NCBI GenBank assembly: GCA_038215155.1
Contig: JBBQRF010000002.1
Span: 50,712 to 114,711 of the forward strand
DNA: 64,000 nucleotides
DNA from: Minisyncoccia bacterium
Lineage (GTDB): Bacteria > Patescibacteriota > Minisyncoccia > Phycocordibacterales > CAJBRS01
Direction of reading: 5' to 3'
Position numbers and translations under genes: made by a program. Positions 18,244 through 28,104 of the stretch are shown one piece after another. Below the pieces are notes generated by a model that saw nothing but the letters and a program-made list of their open reading frames with translations, did no database searches and had not been told where the DNA came from. How positions within the stretch are numbered: the first letter of the stretch is position 1; the number at the start of each line of letters is the position of its first letter.

Positions 18244-19776
18244 TTATCGAGCAAATTCTACAACTCTATTTTCGCGAATGACGGTAACTTTAATTTCACC
18301 CGGGTACTTTAGTTCTTCTTCAATTCTCTTAGCAATATCTTGGGCCATTTTTTTAGCTTCCAGATCAGTGACCTCGTTTGGAGTGACAAAAATGCGAATT
18401 TCCCGTCCAGCCTGAAGAGCATAAGATTTCTCTACGCCTTTAAAACTATTGGAAATAGCCTCTAAGTCACCCAATCGTTTTAAATAATGCTCCATGGTGT
18501 CTCGGCGAGCTCCAGGGCGCCCGCCAGAGATGGAGTCGGCCGTCTGAACAATGATGGACTCCACTGTCTCATAAGGGTATTCCTCATGATGGGCCTGCAT
18601 GGCTTTAATTATTTCTTCATTGGCGCCGAATTTTTGCAAAATTCGGCGCCCAATCTCCACGTGAGTACCTGCTACCTCGTGATCTACTGCCTTACCAAGA
18701 TCGTGAAGGAGAGCCCCTGCTTTGGCTATCTGGACATTTGCTCCTAATTCTTCCGCCAACATGCCCGCAATATGGGCCATTTCAATAGAATGTTGTAAAA
18801 CGTTTTGACCGTAACTAGTTCTGAAATAAAGTCTGCCTAAAATAGAAACGATTCGGGGATCTAGATTAAAGACACCCGTCTCATAAACAGCTTGTTCACC
18901 CTTTTCTTTAATAATCTTATTTATATCTTGTTTGGCTTTTTCTACTTCTTTCTCAATCTTGGCTGGTTGAATACGCCCGTCTTGGATAAGGGTCTCTAAG
19001 GCAAGGCGTGCCACCTGCCGTCGTACCGGATCAAATGAAGAAATGGTAATGGAGCCGGGAGTATCATCCACAATTATTTCTACCCCAGTTTCTCGCTCAA
19101 AGGCCTTAATGTTTCGGCCCTCCTTGCCAATGATTTTTCCTTTAATTTCATCTGAAGGAATATCTACGCTTGTGGTAAATAAATCAGCAGAGACGGAACT
19201 AGCCAAACGTTGAATTGTAGTGGAAAGAATATCTTTGGCTTTTTGCTCTAACTTCTCTTGACCAAAAGTCTCCAGTTTCTTCATACGAGTCAATATATCT
19301 TCCTCGTATTTCTTCTCTACACTTTGAAGCAAATGTTCTTTTGCTTCATTTTCTCCGAGGTGGGCAATTTTTTCGAGTTCCGTTCTTTTCTGACCCTCCA
19401 GACTATCAACTCTTTCTTTAATTTCTTTAATTTCAGAAATTTTAACTTTAATATTTTCTACTTCCTTATCAATATCCCCCTGGCGTGAGTCCAGAAGCTC
19501 TTCTTTTTTGATTAGGCGATCCTCAGTCTTTTTTAATTTATCTTCCTTTTCTTTAATTTCTTCTCGGAAAGCTTTTAAGGTGCCGGCCGCTTCCGTTTCC
19601 GCTCCCAATGTAATTTTTTTAGCTTCTTCTTTAGCATCAAGCATCATTTGCTTAATCTCTAACTCCATTGAACCTTTTCTACCCAGGGCCACCAATACAC
19701 GCAGAAAATAACCGATAGCAATTCCAACAACGCCGGTTGAGGCAAGCATTAGGAAGACAATTTTTATGGAAATCAT
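18244..19776 (-). CDS. rny: Ribonuclease Y
   Basis: N-terminal TM, coiled coil, KH (IGKEGRNIKAFE), and HD domain (LLHDLGKA). Confidence 0.92.
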   Translation of the reverse strand: MISIKIVFLMLASTGVVGIAIGYFLRVLVALGRKGSMELEIKQMMLDAKEEAKKITLGAETEAAGTLKAFREEIKEKEDKLKKTEDRLIKKEELLDSRQGDIDKEVENIKVKISEIKEIKERVDSLEGQKRTELEKIAHLGENEAKEHLLQSVEKKYEEDILTRMKKLETFGQEKLEQKAKDILSTTIQRLASSVSADLFTTSVDIPSDEIKGKIIGKEGRNIKAFERETGVEIIVDDTPGSITISSFDPVRRQVARLALETLIQDGRIQPAKIEKEVEKAKQDINKIIKEKGEQAVYETGVFNLDPRIVSILGRLYFRTSYGQNVLQHSIEMAHIAGMLAEELGANVQIAKAGALLHDLGKAVDHEVAGTHVEIGRRILQKFGANEEIIKAMQAHHEEYPYETVESIIVQTADSISGGRPGARRDTMEHYLKRLGDLEAISNSFKGVEKSYALQAGREIRIFVTPNEVTDLEAKKMAQDIAKRIEEELKYPGEIKVTVIRENRVVEFAR

Positions 19777-19950
19777 ATGGCGAATGTGATTTCGCCTTAG
19801 ACGCTAAGAGATGATGTATTCGATTCTTATGGTTTGTAACATGTGAACTTACGTTTGAAATGAAGGTGGGAGAGGTCGGAAAGTCAAAATCATCAGCTTC
19901 GGTCTAAAACAAAATCAAAATTTAATTTTAATGAATTTAATATACTAGAG

Positions 19951-20556
19951 TTATAAAACTTTGTCTATAAGACCATATTTTTTGGCTTCCTCGGCATTCA
20001 TCCAGAAGTTGCGATCAACATCCTTTTCTACCTTAGAAATGGATTGTCCGGTATTTTTAGCGAGCATTTTATTAAGAATTTCTCGATTCTTCAGGATTTG
20101 CTTGGCAGTAATTTCAATATCTGAGGCTTGACCTTCAACACCTCCGGAGGGTTGATGAATCATGATTTCTGAATTCGGCAGGCTAAATCTTTTACCTTTT
20201 TTGCCGGCTGATAGAATAAGCGCGCCCATAGAAGCAGCAATACCTACACAAATAGTAGAAACATCATTCTTAACGTGATGCATGGTATCAATGATGGCGA
20301 GACCTGCGGTGACCATGCCGCCGGGGGAATGAACATAAAGATTAATATCTTTTTTTGGATCTTCAGATTGTAAAAATAATAATTGAGCAATGACAATGTT
20401 GGCAACATTATCATCAATAGGGCTACCGAGGAAGATTATGTTTTCGCGAAGGAGGCGAGAATAAATATCATAAGCACGCTCGCCGAATTGAGATTTTTCT
20501 ATTACGGTTGGGATTAACATATGGGGCAAGTATAGTAAAAAGTCTCTAAATTGCAA
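19951..20556 (-). CDS. clpP: ATP-dependent Clp protease proteolytic subunit. The start is possibly at the MLIPTVIE Met, about 20520.
   Basis: IPTVIE...RIIFLG-type N-terminus. Active-site GxASMGA (GIAASMGA), and His in MIHQP. Confidence 0.93.
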   Translation of the reverse strand: MQFRDFLLYLPHMLIPTVIEKSQFGERAYDIYSRLLRENIIFLGSPIDDNVANIVIAQLLFLQSEDPKKDINLYVHSPGGMVTAGLAIIDTMHHVKNDVSTICVGIAASMGALILSAGKKGKRFSLPNSEIMIHQPSGGVEGQASDIEITAKQILKNREILNKMLAKNTGQSISKVEKDVDRNFWMNAEEAKKYGLIDKVL

Positions 20557-20584
20557 ATAAGTCGCTTTTTCCCCGCTCCTACGA

Positions 20585-20662
20585 ACTTTTGTCGAGGCGC
20601 GTTAGTTAATTTGGGTCCGCTAGGCCAAGTCTTACCCTCGCCAAAAGTTGCAGGACGGATCC
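20585..20662. repeat. Copy 1 of a ~65-80 nt palindromic repeat element (second copy at 63053-63162)
   Basis: acttttgtcgaggcgcgtYagtYaatttgggtccgctaggccaagtcttaccctcgcYaaaagt is about 90% identical between the two loci, with 13-14-bp terminal inverted repeats. Confidence 0.8.
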
Positions 20663-20720
20663 AAAAGCGACACATTATGTTCCAGTGAAACTTTCAAATG
20701 AAACTTGTTACAATTACAGG

Positions 20721-21437
20721 ATGAGGTTACACAGATTTTTAATTGAGGAAGAAATTGGAGATAGAAAAGAAATTACTATCACCGATTCGGAGTTATTGCA
20801 TCAGTGGCGCAATGTTTTTCGGTTCACCACGGGAACACAACTTTTAACTTTTGACAATTCTGGTTTTGAGTACTTAGCTTTGATTTCTCGGATTTCCCAT
20901 TTAGGCGCTTCGCTGAAAATAATTAATAAAGAAGAGAGAGACTTAAGTGGACCGAAGGTTTCTCTTTTTGCTGCCCTAATTAAAAAAAGTAATTTTGAAT
21001 GGGTGGTGGAAAAGGCGACTGAGCTTGGGGTCTCTCGTGTGGTACCCATTATTTCTGATCGCAGTGAAAAGAAAGGATTGAATATGGTCCGGGCGAAAAA
21101 AATTATTAAGGAAGCTAGTGAGCAGTCGGGAAGAGTAAGATTGACGAAATTAAATTCGCCGATAAACTTGGAAGATTTAATAGTTAGTTTGGAGATTAAA
21201 AAAGGCAAGAAAATAAATAATATTGTCATTGATCCTACTGGTGACATTTTTCCACCATCAGAAAAATTTGCCGAAGAAGTCGGTGTATTTGTTGGACCAG
21301 AAGGTGGCTGGGCTGAACGGGAGCTTCAACTTTTCAAATTAAAAAATATTCCTATTTATAGTCTCGGCCCGCAAATTCTGCGGGCCGAGACAGCCGCCAT
21401 TGCCGTCACCAGCTTTCTTTTGCTGCCCCGACGTTGA
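20721..21437 (+). CDS. rsmE: 16S rRNA (uracil1498-N3)-methyltransferase RsmE. The ORF is open from 20685. MRLHRFLI is the probable start.
   Basis: MRLHRF N-terminus. PUA-like N-domain, and the SPOUT C-terminus GPEGGW...E...LGPRILRAETA. Confidence 0.85.
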   Translation: MRLHRFLIEEEIGDRKEITITDSELLHQWRNVFRFTTGTQLLTFDNSGFEYLALISRISHLGASLKIINKEERDLSGPKVSLFAALIKKSNFEWVVEKATELGVSRVVPIISDRSEKKGLNMVRAKKIIKEASEQSGRVRLTKLNSPINLEDLIVSLEIKKGKKINNIVIDPTGDIFPPSEKFAEEVGVFVGPEGGWAERELQLFKLKNIPIYSLGPQILRAETAAIAVTSFLLLPRR

Positions 21438-21496
21438 TGTGACTATTATAATCACTGTGGCATAATAGTTAATTATTATTCGTAATTAAAAATATT

Positions 21497-21913
21497 ATGC
21501 TTTATCCATTTGTAAGATTCAACGACGGTAAAGGAGAAGAGGCTATGAACTTTTATAAATCTTGCTTTGGCGGTGAACTTCAAAACATGAAAGTGAAAGA
21601 TAGCCCTATGGCAAAAGATATGCCCGCGGACAAACAAGAATATCTTATGCACTCAATGTTAAAATCCGATTCAGCTTCTTTTATAGGTATGGACATGATG
21701 CGAGACAAGGCTACCGTGGGCGACAACGTAGGATTATCGATGGATTGTGATAGTGAGGAACAAATCAAAAACTTTTTTTCAAAGCTGTCTGAAGGCGGGG
21801 AAATTTTCATGCCGTTAGAAGTGCAGTTTTGGGGTGGTCTTTTTGGAGTGTTCACTGACAAATATGGCGTAGAGTGGATGCTAAATTATCAAAAGGAGCC
21901 GGCAAAAAGTTAA
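21497..21913 (+). CDS. VOC/glyoxalase-fold PhnB-like protein
   Basis: MLYPFVRFNDGKGEEAMNFYKSCFGG...FWGGLFGVFTDKYGVEWML is typical of the PhnB/3-demethylubiquinone-methyltransferase-like family. Confidence 0.7.
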   Translation: MLYPFVRFNDGKGEEAMNFYKSCFGGELQNMKVKDSPMAKDMPADKQEYLMHSMLKSDSASFIGMDMMRDKATVGDNVGLSMDCDSEEQIKNFFSKLSEGGEIFMPLEVQFWGGLFGVFTDKYGVEWMLNYQKEPAKS

Positions 21914-22929
21914 ATTTTTTCTTTCTGATTTTCTAAAAATTCCCAGACTCTTTCGTTAGTTAAAATCTGTGCCGCATACATTCGGGCCCGCAGAGGGTCT
22001 GCCTCCTTGTGATGTGACAAAATATGTTCAACTTCCTCGTCTACCATTTTTTTATCTGCCTCGATTTTTTCTTCGACGGCAATTTTATTAAGGATTAATT
22101 CCATTTTAGCTCTTTTAATAGCATCATTGTGCCACTCCTTTTTCATTTCCACCTCAGTCTTAGCAATTTGTTTGAAATAGTCGTCGGGAGAAAGACCCAT
22201 ACCAGAAATATTACCCTTAAATTGAGCCAGCATTTTTTCTTTTTCGCTTTCAATCAATATGTCTGGAATTTCCACTTCAGTTTTATCAATTATTTTGTCT
22301 AAAATAGTCAATCGCTGCTTTTCTCGTAACCGCAGCTCTTTTTCCATTAATAGGTTTTCCCGTAATTTATTTTTGAATTCTTCTACGTCTTTAAAATCAC
22401 CAAACCCTTTAACAAACTCATCTGAAAGTTCGGGCAATGGATCATTTTCATTTTTCAGTCGGCTTTTGCGAGCGCGAGTTAAACTCTCCTCAAACTCTAC
22501 ATCTGAAAGACTGGCCTTTTCTTGATTTTTATTTATTTCCTCGGCCACTTTTTTGTAATCAGGCAGCTTCATTTCTGGTAAAACAGCCAAAGTGATTTTA
22601 AAAAGAAGGGGATTATTAGGCGCTATTTTAGTTATGGAAATCTGAGGACGGCCTAGAGGATTAACCTTACTTTCTTCAAGAATTTTTAAATATAAATTCT
22701 CTATGGCGAGGGAGGCGCACTCTTCAAGAAGGCCCAGCTCGCCGATTCGCTCAACTAAAACCTTCTCGGGAATATGGCCCGGGCGAAAACCATCAATTTT
22801 TATTTGGGTGTTTAAGTTTTTTGTTGCCTCTGTGCGGTAACCCTCAATAATATTGGTTGGAATTTCCGCTTCAATCTCTACCTGAGAATTATGTTGAGGA
22901 GTAATTTTTACTATTCTATAAAGAGACAT
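21910..22929 (-). CDS. tig: Trigger factor (ribosome-binding N domain plus C-terminal chaperone domain, apparently lacking the FKBP PPIase domain)
   Basis: TF signature IDGFRPGHIPEKVLVERIG in the N domain. The C-terminal helical domain follows directly. Confidence 0.75.
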   Translation of the reverse strand: MSLYRIVKITPQHNSQVEIEAEIPTNIIEGYRTEATKNLNTQIKIDGFRPGHIPEKVLVERIGELGLLEECASLAIENLYLKILEESKVNPLGRPQISITKIAPNNPLLFKITLAVLPEMKLPDYKKVAEEINKNQEKASLSDVEFEESLTRARKSRLKNENDPLPELSDEFVKGFGDFKDVEEFKNKLRENLLMEKELRLREKQRLTILDKIIDKTEVEIPDILIESEKEKMLAQFKGNISGMGLSPDDYFKQIAKTEVEMKKEWHNDAIKRAKMELILNKIAVEEKIEADKKMVDEEVEHILSHHKEADPLRARMYAAQILTNERVWEFLENQKEKI

Positions 22930-22931
22930 AC

Positions 22932-23141
22932 TTAAGTAGATGTTGCGCTAGTCTGAATATTTACCGAGGATATAGTTGTAGTGGAAGTTGAATCAATTGT
23001 TGATTCTTTGGAATTTAAACGTCGTTCAATTTTATTTTGCCAAAAATAATAAGCCCCTAACAAAAGCACTAGAATGACAATTATAATACCCAGAATACCG
23101 CCTACAGAACCGGTCTTTTTTTTATTTAGCTCGCTAACCAT
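22932..23141 (-). CDS. Small hypothetical membrane protein
   Basis: Single TM (ILGIIIVILVLLLGAYYFW). Tightly packed between tig and ppa. Confidence 0.45.
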   Translation of the reverse strand: MVSELNKKKTGSVGGILGIIIVILVLLLGAYYFWQNKIERRLNSKESTIDSTSTTTISSVNIQTSATST

Positions 23142-23700
23142 TTTTAGGAAACTTCTTATTGTAAATATCCATGGATTTTTCCACAGCCTTCATCGCCTCT
23201 TTCTTATCTTTAATTTCTCCAATTATCACTTCGTTATCCTCTCCTTTTAGCATTTTGTAAGTTTCAAAGAAATGCTGAATTTCTCGGATAGTATGTTTAT
23301 TAATATCTTTGAGATCCTGGACATCTTCCCATCGGCGATCTTTTACGGGCACAGCAATAATTTTGCAATCAGATTCTCCGCCATCTTGCATCTCCATCAT
23401 AGCGACGGGGCGAACTTTTACTAGCACTCCCACATGAATAGGAAAAGTGGACAGCACTACTACATCCAAGGCGTCCCCATCCTCCCACAAAGTTTGCGGT
23501 GCAAAACCGTAATCTATTGGGTAAGGAGCATTGGAATAGTTAGCTCTATCTAAGGCAATTAGTCCGGTTTTTTTATCAATCTCATATTTATTATTTGAAC
23601 CTTTAGGAATCTCGATAATAGTATTAAATTCTTCCGGAGCTTTATCTCCGAGGGGAATATCGTGCCATAGATTTGTTCCTTGAGTCATAATTAATTTCAA
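23134..23700 (-). CDS. ppa: Inorganic pyrophosphatase (family I)
   Basis: IIEIPKGSNNKYEIDK and DGDALDVVVL motifs. Confidence 0.92.
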   Translation of the reverse strand: MKLIMTQGTNLWHDIPLGDKAPEEFNTIIEIPKGSNNKYEIDKKTGLIALDRANYSNAPYPIDYGFAPQTLWEDGDALDVVVLSTFPIHVGVLVKVRPVAMMEMQDGGESDCKIIAVPVKDRRWEDVQDLKDINKHTIREIQHFFETYKMLKGEDNEVIIGEIKDKKEAMKAVEKSMDIYNKKFPKNG

Positions 23701-23722
23701 CGATTAAAATTTTGCTAAATAA

Positions 23723-24898
23723 TTATTCAGTTGCCGTATTGGTAGGTTCCTCTGCTTCGCCTTCGGCCAGGATTTCTCCTTTTGCTGATTGAATATCAAT
23801 TCTCCAACCGCTTAGCTTTGCAGCTAGTCTGACGTTCTGACCACCTTTCCCAATAGCTAGAGATTGTTGGTCTTCAGTTACTTCTACGGCCGCCATATTT
23901 TCCTCCTGATTTATTTTTACACTAAGCACTTTGGCCGGAGAAAGGGCATCTTCAATAAATTTTTCCGATTCAGATGACCATTCAATAATATCAATTTTCT
24001 CGCCCCCAAGCTCGCTCATTACGGTAGATACTCGTACTCCGCGTTGGCCGACCATTGAACCGACTGGATCAATGTGGGTGTCGTTAGAAAAAACCGCAAT
24101 TTTTGAACGTGAGCCCGCCTCTCGAGCAATGGCTTTAATCTCTACGGTGCCGTTAGCAATTTCCGGCACCTCTGATTCAAAAAGTTTGGCTAAGAATTTA
24201 GGATGAGAACGGGAGAGACGCAAGAATATTCCACGAGGGGTTTCTTCTACTCGAGAAAGATACATTCTCACTCTTTCACCCTGACGATAATGCTCTCCAG
24301 GTATCTGCTCTTCATATGGAAGAATGCCACTTGCTCGCCCCATATCTATAAAAATGTTACCGCGCTCAATTCGTTGCACAGTGCCATTAACAATTTCACC
24401 CTCTCGTTTTCCATATTCGGCCAACACACTGGTTTTTTCTGCTTCGCGAATTTTTTGGATAATTACTTGTTTAGCGGTCTGTGCGGCAATGCGGCCATAA
24501 TCATTCTTTGCTTCTAAAGGAAAAACTAGCTCCTCATCAATTTCTACCCCTTTTTTAATTTTCCGTGCATCTTCAACTAGTATGTGGTGCTCTGGGTTAA
24601 AGCGAACTTTCAATCCATCGGCGGCAATCTCTGGATGATCAGAGACCGGAGCTCCTTCTTCCCCCTCTTCCTCAAAAACTACCTTGGATTCATCAACAAC
24701 AATTTTCACTTGATAGAATTCAGCCGTTCCTGTATTTAGGTCAAACTTAGCCCGGATATATTGTCCTCGTTTGCCATACTCTTTTTTATAAGCAGTAGCC
24801 AAGGCCATTTCTATTGCCTCAATGATTTTTTCTCTAGGAATACCTCGTTCTTCTTCTAGCTGAGTAAGGACGGAATTTATTACTTTTAAGTCAAACAT
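23723..24898 (-). CDS. nusA: Transcription termination/antitermination factor NusA
   Basis: N-terminal domain, S1 (GEIVNGTVQRIERGNIFIDMG), and two KH domains (IGKGGQNVRLAAKLSG). Confidence 0.93.
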   Translation of the reverse strand: MFDLKVINSVLTQLEEERGIPREKIIEAIEMALATAYKKEYGKRGQYIRAKFDLNTGTAEFYQVKIVVDESKVVFEEEGEEGAPVSDHPEIAADGLKVRFNPEHHILVEDARKIKKGVEIDEELVFPLEAKNDYGRIAAQTAKQVIIQKIREAEKTSVLAEYGKREGEIVNGTVQRIERGNIFIDMGRASGILPYEEQIPGEHYRQGERVRMYLSRVEETPRGIFLRLSRSHPKFLAKLFESEVPEIANGTVEIKAIAREAGSRSKIAVFSNDTHIDPVGSMVGQRGVRVSTVMSELGGEKIDIIEWSSESEKFIEDALSPAKVLSVKINQEENMAAVEVTEDQQSLAIGKGGQNVRLAAKLSGWRIDIQSAKGEILAEGEAEEPTNTATE

Positions 24899-25000
24899 AT
24901 TTAGGTGGGGATTATTTTTAAAAAAAGAAGTTCGCCCAAAAGCGAACTGCAGACTAACTGACGTCCTTTAATTTACAGGAAGATATGGATTTGTCAAATC

Positions 25001-25029
25001 TTGTCAAATAGCCGGTACTACTCTATTAT
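25001..25029 (+). promoter_or_regulatory. Putative sigma70-type promoter for the surface-protein/pilus locus. -35 TTGTCA (duplicated), 17-nt spacer, -10 TATTAT.
   Basis: ttgtcaaatcttgtcaaat direct repeat, then TATTAT 14 nt before the ATG at 25044. Confidence 0.4.
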
Positions 25030-25043
25030 ATAGAGGTATTAAA

Positions 25044-26294
25044 ATGACTAAAAAAATCATTTTCTCATTTTTGGTTCTAATAATAACTTTATTTACTTTT
25101 GTTTTTTTCTCAATTAAAAACGAACCGCAAGCCCTTGCCCAAAGTGGCGGTCTGTCTTCTGGGCTGCATGCTTTCAAAGGCTATGCTTGGTCTGGTATGA
25201 GTGATGGCGCCGGCAACACTACTGGAGTCTTCTGGATTCAATTCAATCCTTCTTACGGAGGGGTGTTTGTCGACGGTACCACTGGCAATATTTCCGGCTA
25301 CGCCTGGGCTAATCCAAATGATAATACAGCCCCTTCTCCTAATATCGGCTGGCTAAGTTTTAATAACTCTTCCGGTTGTCCTACCGCTCCCTGCCAGCCG
25401 AATGTCAGTTTAAGTACAGGAGCATTGACCGGATGGGCTCGATTTATTTCTTATAATAATCAACAGACGTACGATTCAGCTGCTGGCCGAGACTGGGATG
25501 GCTGGGTGCGATTAAGCGATACCTGGAGTAATCCTCCTGTTGCTAATTTATCTACTTACGTTATTAATGGCTACGCCTGGGGAGCTAGTACAACAGGATG
25601 GGTGAATTTCTGTACTTTTCCAGGAACTACTGGTTGTGTAACAATTGATACAGCTACTACCACACCTCCAACTACGCCGGGCGTTCCAGGATTACTCAGC
25701 CAATCGAATCTTACCTGTGATAGTTTCGGAGGATTAGTGAGCTTAACCTGGCCTGCTAGCAACCCCGCGCCCAACACATCAGCAGGCGGAGGTTATTATG
25801 TCTATCAAACTAATGCAGCGGGTACTCCTCTTGGCACAGGCTCTCCATATCAAAGATTTACAGCCACAAATAGCATCACTGTTTCGGGCTTAGCTTCTAA
25901 TTCCACCTACTATTTCAAGGCAACAGCCTTTAATATCGGAGCAGGTCAAGTAGCCGAAAGTGCTGCTACTGCCGTTATCACTACCACTAGCTCCAAGATT
26001 TGTAATAGCACCAGCGCTGCCATTATATTTAATGCTGTACCTCCGACAGTTCCTCGAGGCCAGTCTTGTAAATTAGTCTGGACAGTTTCTTTCCCAAGTG
26101 GCTGTACTATTACAAGTAGTGATACTAAATTCCCATACTCATTCGTTTCAGCTACTGGAACTACCGTTTCAAACCCTACCCAAGGGACTACTACTACCTC
26201 AGCAATCTTTAAGACCAAGGACTACCTACTCACTTGCGGTAATTTAACTGCCCGAACGACGTGTGCACTGGCTCCTAAATTTAATGAATTCTAA
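25044..26294 (+). CDS. Secreted/cell-surface protein with an N-terminal signal anchor, tandem ~40-aa GYAW...GW..F repeats, and a fibronectin-III-like Thr-rich region
   Basis: Signal/TM IIFSFLVLIITLFTFVFF. Internal repeats GYAWSGMSDG / GYAWANPNDN / GYAWGASTTGW. FN3-like block LTWPAS...YYFKATAFN. Confidence 0.6.
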   Translation: MTKKIIFSFLVLIITLFTFVFFSIKNEPQALAQSGGLSSGLHAFKGYAWSGMSDGAGNTTGVFWIQFNPSYGGVFVDGTTGNISGYAWANPNDNTAPSPNIGWLSFNNSSGCPTAPCQPNVSLSTGALTGWARFISYNNQQTYDSAAGRDWDGWVRLSDTWSNPPVANLSTYVINGYAWGASTTGWVNFCTFPGTTGCVTIDTATTTPPTTPGVPGLLSQSNLTCDSFGGLVSLTWPASNPAPNTSAGGGYYVYQTNAAGTPLGTGSPYQRFTATNSITVSGLASNSTYYFKATAFNIGAGQVAESAATAVITTTSSKICNSTSAAIIFNAVPPTVPRGQSCKLVWTVSFPSGCTITSSDTKFPYSFVSATGTTVSNPTQGTTTTSAIFKTKDYLLTCGNLTARTTCALAPKFNEF

Positions 26295-26296
26295 AT

Positions 26297-26614
26297 ATGT
26301 ATCAAGAAAACTATTTCATCAGACATCGAATTATCATTCTAACTATTACGGTACTTGTTTTTCTCGCAGCGGGGGCATTAATTTGGTTTAAGATTAATAG
26401 ATCAGAAATCCAACCCGCCACCGCTAATAAAGGAGGATATACCGATGAACAAATCCAACTTCTACTTAAAAGTCAGGAAGCTACCCACGACCCTAGCATC
26501 TTCCCCGATCAACAGAAAAAATTAAGTCAAAGTCAGACTGCCGCTCATAGCGACACTTTAACCGCAGAAGAGCGTCAAAAATTATTAGAATCAATGCAGG
26601 CCCCTCAAAAATAA
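26297..26614 (+). CDS. Small single-pass membrane protein
   Basis: TM IIILTITVLVFLAAGALIWF. Translationally coupled to the flanking genes. Confidence 0.5.
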   Translation: MYQENYFIRHRIIILTITVLVFLAAGALIWFKINRSEIQPATANKGGYTDEQIQLLLKSQEATHDPSIFPDQQKKLSQSQTAAHSDTLTAEERQKLLESMQAPQK

Positions 26615-26638
26615 TAAAAGAAATAATAAAAATATAAT

Positions 26639-27253
26639 ATGAAAAAATTATCAAGTTTATCGATGTCAGTAAGTGTAGTAATAGTAGCGATCTTTATTAG
26701 CGCATTCTGTAGTTATGTATTGGCGGATTCTTACTCTGCACCCAGTACTAATCCTCCTGGAGGTAATATTTCTGCTCCAATTAACACCTCAGGATCTGGT
26801 CAGATTAAGAGTGGAGGATTAACGGTTAATCTAGGGGGAGGAACTAACGGATTAATAGTAGCTTCAGGGAAGGTAGGAATTGGCACTATTAACCCAGCCC
26901 ATTCAATAGATGTCGTTGCCACTGGTGCTGACGGTATTGTTCAAGCGGTTGGATTTTATTACGCATCCGACTGGAACTTAAAACAAAATATTCTGCCCTT
27001 AAAAGATTCTTTGAATAAGATTACTCAACTGCAAGGAGTTTCTTATAATTGGAAATCAAGCGGAGCACCTGACGTAGGATTAATAGCCCAAGATGTTCAG
27101 AAAGTATACCCTCAATTAGTTACTTCAAATGCCACAGGATTAGCAGTAGATTACGGCCACTTAATCGGACCAATGATTGAAGCGATTAAAACGCAGCAAC
27201 TAGAAATTGATCAATTAAAAGCAGAAATTGAAGCTATAAAAGCTCATCGATAA
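26639..27253 (+). CDS. Secreted protein with a C-terminal intramolecular-chaperone auto-processing domain (peptidase S74 / tail-fibre chaperone-like)
   Basis: SDWNLKQNILPL...VSYNWK...GLIAQDVQKVYPQLV...VDYGHLIGPMIEAIKTQQLEIDQLKAEIEAIKA is the classic phage tail-spike/endosialidase C-terminal chaperone-domain pattern. Confidence 0.65.
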   Translation: MKKLSSLSMSVSVVIVAIFISAFCSYVLADSYSAPSTNPPGGNISAPINTSGSGQIKSGGLTVNLGGGTNGLIVASGKVGIGTINPAHSIDVVATGADGIVQAVGFYYASDWNLKQNILPLKDSLNKITQLQGVSYNWKSSGAPDVGLIAQDVQKVYPQLVTSNATGLAVDYGHLIGPMIEAIKTQQLEIDQLKAEIEAIKAHR

Positions 27254-27254
27254 C

Positions 27255-28028
27255 ATGGCTTATCTTTTTCCCAAAATTAAAAAAGAATATTTAATTCCAA
27301 TTTTTGTTGTGGGAATATTATTGGTTTTTGCCTCTGTAGTTTATGCGGCGGCCACTCAATATCTTTGCCCAGTGAAAACTGGTGGGGATTTTTCTGCTTC
27401 TGGCCATCTTCGTGATTGTTATAAAGCACTCTATGGACAGACAACCATGGTAGGCACTACCACTGCTCCAGTGGCGGAATGGGGAACTTGCGCCAATGTC
27501 ACCAATAATGTGTCGGGAGGAAAAGATCTATTTATCCCGGCTAGTACTAGTGTAGAGTGGCAGCGAGTATATACGACGGATACTGCTATCCGACCAAAAT
27601 CTCTACCAACAGGAATGAGTGTGGCTATTTGTGGGGGTGGTGGGAGCGGAGGATCAAGTTGCAGTCAGACTTTTGAATCCAGTTATTCTTATGTTGCATG
27701 CTTAACCATCAGAACTGCTCCTAGCTGCAAAAGTACTCTAGGCACCCAAGGAAACACAGCTTCAAACCCATATGCTGTAGGGCAACAATACAATGATCAG
27801 CAAATCAGGAATCAAATCCAACAACTATCTTCCTCTATTTGGGGTGCTACCACCAAAGGAAATGCTAGCACCACGCTAACTAGTCGTGGAGGTACTGCAG
27901 GAGGACAGACTTTTACCTACACTAACACCACTGAATTAGATCCCGACTCGATTCCGGGCGCTAAAATTTATAATGATTATACAAGCTTTAGCGGGCCAAC
28001 GGGCGCCGGGGCTTGTCCATTGCCATAA
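27255..28028 (+). CDS. Secreted Cys-rich hypothetical protein
   Basis: N-terminal TM/signal. Multiple paired cysteines. Gly-rich GGGGSGGSSC. Confidence 0.5.
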   Translation: MAYLFPKIKKEYLIPIFVVGILLVFASVVYAAATQYLCPVKTGGDFSASGHLRDCYKALYGQTTMVGTTTAPVAEWGTCANVTNNVSGGKDLFIPASTSVEWQRVYTTDTAIRPKSLPTGMSVAICGGGGSGGSSCSQTFESSYSYVACLTIRTAPSCKSTLGTQGNTASNPYAVGQQYNDQQIRNQIQQLSSSIWGATTKGNASTTLTSRGGTAGGQTFTYTNTTELDPDSIPGAKIYNDYTSFSGPTGAGACPLP

Positions 28029-28043
28029 AAATACTGAAGTGAA

Positions 28044-28090
28044 AATACCCCGAGCCGTGAATGCCGCTCGGGGTATTTTCTTTTATTTGC
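28044..28090 (+). terminator. Strong rho-independent terminator
   Basis: Perfect 12-bp stem aataccccgagc/gctcggggtatt followed by a T-rich tract. Confidence 0.8.
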
Positions 28091-28104
28091 TATAATTTCA
28101 GTGA

